From Antechinus flavipes (lineage: Eukaryota), in NCBI RefSeq assembly GCF_016432865.1, contig NC_067402.1:218922001-218986000 (forward strand): a stretch of 64,000 nt of DNA. Reading direction: 5' to 3'. Both the position numbers and the translations under genes were made by a program. The notes beneath the pieces are model-generated. The model did no database searches. It was not told the DNA's origin and saw only the letters and a list, made by a program, of their open reading frames with translations. Positions 33,368-43,160 of the stretch are shown here, piece by piece. Every line of letters begins with the position of its first letter. The first letter of the stretch is position 1.

Positions 33368-34636
33368 GAATAAAATTTCTACTCCTCTCCTTTGTTTGGT
33401 ATAGATCAATAGACTGGTTTTTGTTTATTTTGGGGGAAGGGAGATAGAATTAGGAAAAGGAAGAAACAAAGTTTCACAGTTTCCTTTTCTCCCATGCCCA
33501 GTATGGAACTGTTGCTTTTTCCCCCAGTGAAATGCTGGATACCCATTTTTTCTTTGTAAAGGATGAGCTTTGTCTGCCTTATTTTACTCTGTGAGGCTCT
33601 CTCCCAAAATGGAAGTGGAGTGGATAGACCCTGTAATAACTTAGTTCTCTAGTCATTTGAAGTTTACAAAGCACTTTTCTCATTAACTCTGTGAAGCTAC
33701 TCTGTGAAGCAAATAAAAGTCCTACTGTATTCATTTTACAGATAGGGATTTATCTGTGGTTATGCAGCCCTGGGACCTCAACCCCAGAACTCCTGATTCT
33801 GTTGTGTGCTCTTCCTGTGCTGCTTTTTTATCTTGTATTTGCTCTTGTTACCCCTGGAAAAGTCTCACATATGCACTTTGATAACTGGAACCACTTAATA
33901 CAGCTGACTAAGACTTTGATAACAAATAATGTTGGCAGCCAAGCAGGTTCCGATATTATGATAGTTACCCAGTATAAGAGCAAAGCCAATATAATAAACT
34001 ATGTTCTTTTATAGCTGTCTTGTTATTTTTCTTCTTTCCCATTTCTGGACAGTGGGGAGGTGGTGCTGAGGAGGAGGAGGAAAGAGTTGGCAACAATAGT
34101 GAAACAAAGGGAAAAAAGCACCCACTAACCCTTCCCTTATCCCCAAGATTTCAGCTTCCCTAGGGCAATAAAATCCCCTTCAGTGGGGGCCTCGGTGTCC
34201 TGTAAGGGAGAATCCCATTGGTTTTTTAAGGGAATTTACCCTCATGTCCCCAGAACCTCCTATAAGTTCCAAACTGAACTCTTAATCTTCCTTCCCTTAG
34301 TGATTCAAGCTCCTTTCATTTAATGATTCTCAATCACTAAACCTTAGGCTAAGAAATTAAGGATAGAGGCAATTTCAGAGCATACAGTAAAGAAGCCCCA
34401 TCTTCTATTATTTTCATCTCCTTGATCTACATGTTAATGTTAGCATCTACTAGGGAAGAGAAATGATAGGATTTATCTTGAAGCCTGAAAGACCTTAGAA
34501 AACTAATACTTTCTCTAATCACTTAAAAGCTAGAAGGATGAATCAAAGGAAGGACATGGTTTTCCATTTATGTTCCATCTTTCTCTCATTAGCCCTCACA
34601 TCTGAGAAGCAGATTCAATTTGTACATAAATAAGTT

Positions 34637-34730
34637 TTTATTGAAGAAAATTAATATTAGTATAAATATCATAAATATCTCCCCCACACACAACTCTCGT
34701 GAGGATAAATAATTTCCTAAATAAATATCT
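34637..34730 (-). terminator. IL23A 3'UTR AU-rich element cluster and poly(A) signal
   Basis: Minus-strand ATTTA pentamers at 34663-34667, 34672-34676, 34706-34710 and 34718-34726 (two overlapping); AATAAA at 34637-34642. Confidence 0.75.
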
Positions 34731-34888
34731 GTTGGCCCAGCCATTCAGGCTGCAGTCAGTGTTGGTAGTTATCAACATTCATGATGCTTTATCAATAGTA
34801 GAAGCATACAACGCAGCATTACTTGATTTTTTTCCTGTAGTGAAGATCTGTCTTAATCCATGTTAATCCTTTGATGTTTGAGGTAGTA

Positions 34889-36614
34889 TTAATCCATTCC
34901 TTCGGGACTCAAAGTGGCTGCCCCATGGGTAAAAACTCGAGCAGCAATGGCAGCAAAGGCTCGAAGTCTCTGTAAGATCTTGGGACGCAGAAGAAGACGC
35001 TGCCATGGCTCACTCGGGCTAGGAACCTGCTGTTTCTTCCAGGAATGGTCCTTGGGCTGTTGGGATACAGAGAAACCTGACCCTCAAATCTCAGCTCCCT
35101 AACTTCTCTCTGCAATTCCTGAGGGCCACTTTATACTAACCCCAGACCCATCTTTCATTCCCATACCTGTAAGAGCTGGCTGAGGCCCAGCAGAGAGGAA
35201 TGGAGTTGTCCCACAGGACCATCCTGGAGTAGAGAAGGTTCCCCCTTGAAAATGTCTGAGTTCAGCAAGTGACCATAGAAGATTAAGCCTCGATAGATCT
35301 GCTGCAAACAGAGCTGAAAGGAGGGAAGCTGGTGAGAAAAGGGGGATTCATCCAACTCCTCAACCCTCTTCATAACCCCCTCCACTCCTCTGCTTTTCTT
35401 TGACGTGATTGTGTCCCAAATACCTGGCTATTGTCATTGAGACTCTGATGATCGCAGCCATCACCACACTGGATGCGGGGCACATCATCCACAGCTTCTC
35501 CAGTGCCTTCCTCTCTTGGCAGCTCCTGAAGTGGGGTTAGGTGGGAAGCAACACATAAAGTTTTAAACTCTGCTGGGTCTTCCTATGCTGACCCTGCCTG
35601 GTCTAGATTCTTACTCAAAACTCATCTGCCCAGCTCCTCTTCTTCTCAAGGTTTATTTTAGGGCCTGTCTTCTCTGATTCCACTTTGCTGATTCATAGTT
35701 GCTAGCTTGCATCCTTCTTTCCCTCCTTGCATCATCTTTTATATGGCTAATATAATCTAGTGAACCATGATGTGGCAGAGAACAAAACCCAGAACTGAAA
35801 TAGGTTAGAAAAGTTTATTAAGTCATCAGGCAGAGACAAAGAGCCAAAGAAAGGGATGGTCCACTCCCTCTTAGCATAAATTATACATTATATAGGATTT
35901 ACACAAAGGAACAAGGAAACAGTAGCCAATTGGCTAACATTGAAGACATGAGTTTCTTGAAATGTGTAGAAGGGGATTAACTTTTCCCATTCTTTGCATA
36001 AATCTTCAGTTTGAATTGGATTTCTGGTCAGTACAACCTAGGTTCTGAGTTAAGCATTAAAACAAATCTGGTCTCTAAGCAAAAGATCTGATTTCTCAGC
36101 CACAGGTTTGGAGGGGAGGAGGTGTAAGGTTCAAAGTAAGTCATAAAGTTTTCCCCCAACTGTTAGACTCCTTAAAGGCCAAGGTTGTTTTTTGTTTTGT
36201 TAAGTTTTTTGTGGGGGAAGAGGGATAGAATCATTATTTTGTGCCTTATAGAATACATTATTCACCCAGTGTATGCTAGGTATTTAAATGTTTGCTGAAT
36301 TAAAATGAATCCCCAGTCCACTGGGTAAGCATAGCTTCAGGCCAGACCTTTCTAGCTTTCCTTGCCTTAACACCCATCATGTATTTTTCCTCCTACCCTA
36401 GTGGAAGAGGAAGAATCCTATGCTTTATATTAGGAAGGGAGCCACTTACCAGATTTCCCATCTGTGGGTGAATGCCCCAGGCCAAAGCAGTAACATTCTG
36501 AGACAGCTCCTGACACAAATCCCAGGCCACATTTCTTCCACCAAACACTGCACGGCCTTCAGTAGTCCGAAGCAGCAGCAGCAGCAGCAGCAGCATCCTG
36601 AGCCCAGACTTCAT
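34889..36614 (-). CDS. IL23A: Interleukin-23 subunit alpha (p19), 193 aa, 4 exons
   Basis: Exons 36614-36450, 35525-35424, 35313-35167, 35056-34889 (TAA); 582 nt. Peptides GRAVFGG...[48 protein letters not shown] and [35 protein letters not shown] match human p19. Confidence 0.96.
35768..36160 (-). mobile_element. Putative solo LTR in IL23A intron 1, same orientation as IL23A
   Basis: On the minus strand: starts near TGGGGGAAAA, CCAAT palindrome GCCAATTGGC (35925-35934), TATATAA (35888-35894), AATAAA (35814-35819), ends ...CACATCA (35768). No clean TSD. Confidence 0.5.
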
Positions 36615-36769
36615 CTCCCTGGCTAGTTGGGACTTTTAGACCTCCCTCACTGCTGTGTGACCAGTTCCAATTTTGTGTTTTATTCTTTGCTTTCCTTGTG
36701 AATTCTCTGGCTCCTTCTCTCTCTCTGGCTTGCTTCTTGTCTTTTTAAACTCTCCACTCTGTACTGCCC

Positions 36770-36905
36770 TTTATGCTGGGCAGGTGACTCACAGCAGGTG
36801 GGATTTCCCTCCCGATTTTTTTCTCACAAACATACACACACATACACACACACCCACCTTCCTGGGGAGCCCAGGTATCTGGCCCCAGTTCCAGGGGAAG
36901 TAAAT
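36770..36905 (-). promoter_or_regulatory. IL23A proximal promoter
   Basis: TATA-like CATAAA (36770-36775), AP-1 TGAGTCA (36785-36791), NF-kB GGGAAATCCC (36800-36809), PU.1-type GGGGAAGT (36894-36901). Confidence 0.75.
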
Positions 36906-37281
36906 CATGTGGTAACTGTGGCTAAAGACCAAGAATGGGATATGTGTAATGCTCTCCAGGAATCAAAGCCTCTGTGGAAAGGGAAGAGAAGGCAAAGGTT
37001 GTTTCATTGAAGCAAATCTTGGCCACAGCTCTTCCCCTTTGCTAGGTTTCTCTTTGTTCTCTTTTGTTCCCAAAACCAAGGCTCTCAAAACAAACAATGG
37101 CTTTATTCCTTTTGTCCCAAGGGAAACTGAGATGGAGAAGCGTCTACCTCTCAGCCTGAAATCCATGTCTTCTGTTTAGTGCCTTTCTTTGGAGCAGGAA
37201 CTAGACATTCCTGGATTCCCTACTTGGGATGAGAGCTTCAGTTTTCTCACCTCAGATCTCCCAGACAAATCCTCAGGTTAA

Positions 37282-37447
37282 CTTTTTTTTTTCTTTTTTC
37301 TTTTTTTTTTTTTTTTTAATACTTGTTAATTTTTTTTTTTTGAAGGAAATAGACCAGAGTCTCAGTTAGTGTCTGAGGCTGGATCTGAATTTAGATACTC
37401 CTGACTCCAGGGCTAGTGCTCTATTCACTGAGCCACCCACCTGCCCC
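37282..37447 (-). mobile_element. WSINE/MAR-type SINE remnant with long poly(T)
   Basis: gtgtctgaggctggatctgaatttagatactcctgactccagggctagtgctctattcactgagccacccacctgcccc is the SINE head reversed. Confidence 0.7.
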
Positions 37448-39207
37448 GTTTGTTTTTCCCTAGAAGGGTGCAGGTGGTTAAGGACATTCTATTTCTGAGG
37501 TCTATAATGGGTGCCATAGTTTCTGTGAGGTTCAGAAGGAATGCTGATTGCTGAAATTAGTTCAGGTAGGAGATAAAATGCAGGTATATTATTTCCTAAT
37601 CTTCTGACCCTGGTAGACATTGAACTAAGAGAAGTGGGGGTTTAAAAGGGTTTCCTAAGTGTCACTAGTTGGTCCATGGACAACCCCAGGACTGTCCACC
37701 CCTTTCTGATTTGTGAACTGCACCTGTGACTGATTTAAATAATATTTGTAAAAAGTACTTAGCACAATGCCTGACACATAGTAGGTCCATTCCCTTCCCT
37801 TCTCCTGTTAGGAGATGCCATTCACCATGTGTCCCATCAGTAGATGGATTCCTAGGCCAGGGCCCTGAATTCTTGGCACTAGTTCCAGGCAAGCCCAGGT
37901 ACATCTGGGCCCTTGATAGCAAGAGGAGCAAGATAGAAGCATCGTCCCTAATCTCCCAAAATCTATAGAGATCCTTGCCGTATGCACTAGGGCCCTGTAG
38001 CTAGTTGCATCCATGGGTAAAACCTGCCTGACTATTGATTTCATCACCTACCATGATGAAACACAGCAAAGCAACAGAGAGTGCAAGGTTGGGCGTGGGG
38101 GTGGAGGGTAGAGAGTGGTAGGCAGCTGGGGCTGCCCCAGCCTCTTCTGCTACACCCAGACGGTGCCAAGAGTCTGAAGGACCCAGAACAGCTCTGGACG
38201 TCACGAAATGAGGCAATAGCTGACCACCATGGATGTGGGAGATAATCTGCTGGCCTTCAGAGTCCCCCTGAGAAACTGACTCTTATCATCTGAGGATGGG
38301 GATTTGGGATTTCCCTTTCTCTTCCCTCTGCTGTCCTGAGAACTAAGAAAAAGATTGTTAGAAAGAGTTAGAAATAACCCAAGCAAGTTGACCCAGCCAT
38401 GTCTTGGGTGGGGCATATTTTCAACTGCAGAGTAGCAGCAGTTAGAGAGATTTAAGGCCTTTCTCCTCCTAGAAAAGCTTTTATACTTATTAAATTAATA
38501 ACACTGATTAAAATGCTACAAAATGTTCCATCCCCACTTCTGGCTCTAGGAGGTATGGTCTACAAATTCCTGGAAATAGGTCTCTGAAGATCAGGAAGGA
38601 GTCTAGCCAAGGGGGTGGGGTGGATGGGGGGGGGGGTGTTTTGGTATAGCAGGCAGTAGGATGAATTGCAAACAGAAGGCTAAGCAACTTTGTTTCACTT
38701 CCTGGTACTGTGGGAGCAGGATAGGAAGCAGGATTGTTGGGGCAGCTCTGGGACTATTCTAGGGCAAGAGCTTCTTCCAGGACTCCACCCGCCCTGGAGC
38801 TGCCATGGTCACCTGACGTCAGCTAGGCCTTGACCACTATGCAAATCACCAGGACACCCCTCATCTGGCCTTTCCAACTCAGTCCCCAGGCTCTTCATCC
38901 AGTTGACCCTTCTTACATCTAGAGACTAAAGCTAAAGCATGTGAGAGCTAGTACTTGATCATCTAGGAACTCTGTAGAGTCCAGACCTCTGTCTGAACTC
39001 TTTGAAAGAGTATCTGGCAAGTTTGATATTATTTTAATCTAGGGGATCTATTAGAGTAGTCTTCCTCATTCCAGGACCTACTGTGGTTATAGTTGGGAAG
39101 GGAAAAGTTGCCTCTTTAATTCAGAGTCTTTGTCTTTCTTAATTTGAAACTTCACTATACAGTCTCAAAACTGGGGGAAGGGGTGTTGAATCCTGAATCC
39201 TCTGGCA

Positions 39208-39400
39208 CAGTGGTGTCAAATTGAAATAGAGGGAGAGAACTAATATTGCATGAAGATCTCTCTAGCCACATACTCTTTTAGTTTTAAAAATGTAACATTT
39301 TATTGCATTTTTATTTAGTTAATTATTTCCCAGTTACATTTTATACTGGATCAGGAGCACGAGTATTTTTGGCTGGGTTGTAGCTGCATGAAGCCCCTGA
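39208..39400. mobile_element. hAT-like MITE remnant
   Basis: Starts CAGTGGTGTCAAA, has an AT-rich body and a degenerate right end (...aagcccctg); family recognised from memory only. Confidence 0.4.
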
Positions 39401-39523
39401 GCTGAGGCTGAAGGACCATCGGGATGGGGAATCCTGAAACTGTCCTGAATGTGGGGGTGAAACTCTCCTCTGGGACAGGCCCACCTCAGGGAATCAAGAT
39501 ACAGTGGTTTCCTTCTTTTATCT

Positions 39524-40053
39524 TGATGGGATTAGTTGCACCCTCTATTGAGTTGAGTCCAGGACCACTCTCTACTTAGCCCAAACTAGAGCTGAAAATT
39601 AGCTCAGGACCACTCCCAGTAAATTGTCCCATTCAACCAGAAATCTAGGCCGGGGGGCAGTGCCATCATTGAGAGAATCTCATTTGGTTAAACTTCAGTC
39701 TCAGATTTCCTTATAAAAACATGCAATTTGGGACTCAAAAAAGGACCATGCCATACCAAGGAACCTCTCTCTCCTCGGCATAGCTGCTTGTAAGGCCCTG
39801 CCCACTGAGAAGACATTCTCTTCTCAGCTTTAACTCCTCTTTATCTCTCTGCCAGGATTCCTCTGCTAGACCTTCACTTTTCTGTCAGGATCTTGCCGCT
39901 GAAGAAGTCAGTCTTCTAGCAAAAGCTGATTTCTCAGTGCCAATAAACTTCTTTTTGCCAGTCTAACTTTTTGGGTTCGTGAATTCACATTGAACCTCTG
40001 CACCAACCAAATAGGGGTTCCCACAACTCTCTGTCCTGCCACTAACCTCATCA
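39524..40053 (+). mobile_element. Putative solo ERV LTR, about 530 bp
   Basis: Termini TGATG...CATCA (inverted); internal direct repeat CAGGACCACTC (39560-39570 and 39605-39615); TATAAA 39712-39717; AATAAA 39942-39947 followed by a U5-like segment. No matching TSD. Confidence 0.65.
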
Positions 40054-41899
40054 ATAGCACTTCTGAATTTGAGAACAGGAGCTTTTGCCTCTTCTTGTAT
40101 CCCTGGGGCTTAACACAATGTTTATTAACTATTAACTGCCAATTCCAAATAAGTTTTCTCTTAGTTTGGGATCTTTTCATCCAAACCCTTCTATGAAATC
40201 TAAATTTTAAATCCACATCAAGATGTAGTTTATCTTAGGGTCACAATAGCTGGGGAAAGGAAAATTTTGTCTGGACTCTTATGTATAGAGATATCTGTTC
40301 ATGTGTCTCTTATGTGCTTTTTAATAACAACAGTAATAATACCAATATTTGTTATTGTAATAGTAATAGTAGAGGAGTACATCTGCATATTTGGAACATT
40401 TTTATAAGAAGTCTTCTCTCATGGTGTTCCTCTTCAATCTGTTGGACTATTTTAGTGGAGGTGACAGGGGAATATCTCAGTCAGCGTCCTGAAGAGAAGA
40501 AGCCCTACTCCACTCCTATCTCCTGGAAAACTCAACTCCTAGGGCTGAGGGAATTTTCCCAGCTGCATAACCCTGTCCCCTGGGAATGTTTCCAGGGCGT
40601 TTGGGGAAGGACCAATCAGCTAGACAGGAATTCCTCCTCTTTCCTGGGAGAGCAATGTAGAGGATGTAGTCACTTGGGTTGGGCAGCTATTTGACTCCCA
40701 CTTCCTTTTTTTCTTTCATGTCTTTGGAAACCATAGGAAATGCCAATGAAGTTTTGGGGTCAGGGGGCCAAAGAAGAGCAGAAAGTTGATGGGAGTTTTA
40801 TGGCAGCCTGTCTATCCTTGTACTGTATGCACTGGAGAATAAGGAGAGTAGTCAAAAGACAGGATGTACAGGACCCAACGTGGCTAAGGACTCATTAATC
40901 ATAGGATCATTAAATGTGGAGCTGAAAGAAACCATGGGCAAAATCTAGTCCAGAGTCCATAAGTTCTTTTATAATAATTTATTGCTAAGTTTCAAGAACA
41001 AAATGAATTTTCAAAAACATGCTCCCCCCAACAGGACTGCAAATGAAACTTTGAATTCTACTTCACACTACTTGCTTTAAATACATAATTCTTTCAAAGC
41101 AGTTCTGCTTGTCATGTTACTATGTGAACTACTATGTGAATTTAAAATATTACAAGAGCCCTTTAAGACATTATTAAAATCATTAACTCCCCCTTACCTC
41201 CCTTTCTTCCTCCCAGTTATAAACATAAAAGGGGCAGCAGGTGGAGTTTAACACAATCAAAATTAATCCATCCAATGGCTATTATCTAAAATGTATGTTC
41301 CCTTTCCCATCTTGTGTCTGAACAAATATCACACCTTTAAAGTTATTTCCAGGTCTTCTGGAGACATGGTTAGTTGATTGCATTCATTAGTTTCGAAGTT
41401 ATTTCTCTTAAAAGTTTTTGTTGTGTTGCTTTAAATTTTTCTCGAGTCCAGAAGTTCTTAACTTTGTGAAAAGATTTTGACAATATTCAATTCAATAAAC
41501 ATCAGGCTCCACTGTGCTAGATTCAGGGGATTAAAAAAAAAAGGCAAATAAAAGGTCTCTGACCACCCAGATGCTCACCATGCAACGTTCTAGTTATGCT
41601 ATATAGCAGAGAGAAGGCACTAGAATTAAGAGGGGTTGGGTAAAGCCTTCTGTAGAAGGTGGGATTTTAGTTGGGATTTGAAGGTAGCAGGGCAGGTACG
41701 TGGTCAGAACTGGGGAGTATTCCACGCGGGGCAGGGGAGAAATGAGAACGCAACCTGTGAAAACTTCTCATAAAATTGCTTTTAAATGAAAACATTTGAA
41801 AAATTAAATTATATCCACAGTTAATGTTTTGTTTGCGGGACCCCCAGTTAAGAACTCCCCGATTTAGTTCAAACTCTTTATTTGACAATGAAACAGATC

Positions 41900-43160
41900 C
41901 CGAGATGAAGCGACTTGCCCACTAAAGTCAGTTTAGAATTCCTAAAATCACATCCGAGGTTCTTCCTCGTCCACGCTCGTACCCAGATCTAATTCCCAAC
42001 CATAGGGGCATTCCTTGCACTCTCGTTTCCCACGGGCGGAACTAAGCCTGTACTGTGCTCGCGTCTTTTCCTAGGACCGAGAAGTCCGTGGCGGTACCCC
42101 GTTGTCTTCCTTCCCCCCTTCCTTCTCTGCTCCGCTCGTCTCAGCAGGGACAACTCGAAAGCAACAACTGCTGCCCCGGCCGAGAAGTGCGCTTCCGGCC
42201 CAGCCTGATTGGCTCGAGCCCCCAAACGCCACTCGTTGATTGGCCCTGATCGGCTCCGAAAGTTTCTAGAGTTAGGCAGGTCAAGAGGCATTGAGAAGAT
42301 TTGGGATTTCCCGCGGAGACATTTTCCTTGAACTGGCTTTTTCCCTGCCTTAATCTGATCTCGTCCCCTCGACCGGAAGCATCCGTCACTCGAGACTTGG
42401 GGACAACAGTCAGCGCGTCAAGGGTCTCGGGAACCCACGCAGCTCCCGGGATCCTGACGCTCCACCCTCTCCCCTCCCCCACCCCCGGCGCATTCTGGGT
42501 AACCGCTCCTACGTATTCTCCAGTGGTTTCTCGGGAGCTAATCATTTGCCCCCACCCACTCCTTTCCCAGAGAATTATGGGTATGGCTTTTCCTATCCCC
42601 GCCCCTTCCTGTTTTCCCGCCCAGAGGGTTCTGGGTAACAAGTAGGCCTCAGACTGTGGGAAAATTTTATATCCCTTGTCCCCCTTTCTCCCAAAGGATT
42701 CTGGGTAGCTTTTCCTCCCACTTCCACCCCCTTCCGCCCCCCACCTTTCCCACGTCCTCCCCCCTACCCCAGGTGCATCAGGGCTAAGCCAGGCAGGTAA
42801 GGGGGGGGATGGTGTGGGCGGTAAGGAAAGACAGTGTGTGGGGAAGAGGTCCAGGGAAGAAATGGGACGGTAGGAGGTGAGGGTCTGTAGAGAGAGGGTG
42901 GAAAACCCCCTTGGTAATGGAGGTTGCTTGATTTCCCGGGTTAGCCGACTCGGGTCCCCAGGAAAGCCCGCAGTGGGGCTCTGGCTAGGCATCCGCGGCT
43001 GGGCCCGCCTCCCCCTCCCATCCGGGCCACGCACTCCTCCTCCACTCCCCCAGCAGACCAGGATGTCCCCTCAGGGGCTACCCTACTAAAGGTGGGAGCA
43101 GGCCAGTAGAAGGGGTCGGGGCGGGAGGGTGGGGGTACCTTGCCTGCTTCGACTGTCGTC
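41900..43160 (+). promoter_or_regulatory. PAN2 CpG-island promoter and 5'UTR region
   Basis: CpG-rich; two ATTGG (reverse CCAAT) boxes 31 bp apart (42208, 42239); ETS CCGGAAG motifs; GGGATTTCCC at 42303-42312; several ZNF143-like TACCCA(G/T)AA motifs on the minus strand; exon-2 acceptor cccccag|cag at 43053/43056. Confidence 0.75.

Noticed and set aside
37665-38416. Several 70-90 aa ORFs and a strong-Kozak ATG (accATGG, ~38230) upstream of IL23A
   Set aside because: There is no family resemblance or consistent exon structure, and the Kozak ORF is only 17 codons. The region is better explained as regulatory.
40281-40694. 137-aa plus-strand ORF between IL23A and PAN2
   Set aside because: It begins in an AAT-repeat tract and shows no splice support or homology.
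42141-43034. 297-aa minus-strand ORF in the PAN2 promoter
   Set aside because: It lies in a GC-rich island where stops are rare, and is a low-complexity Pro/Gly/Arg sequence with no homology I recognise.
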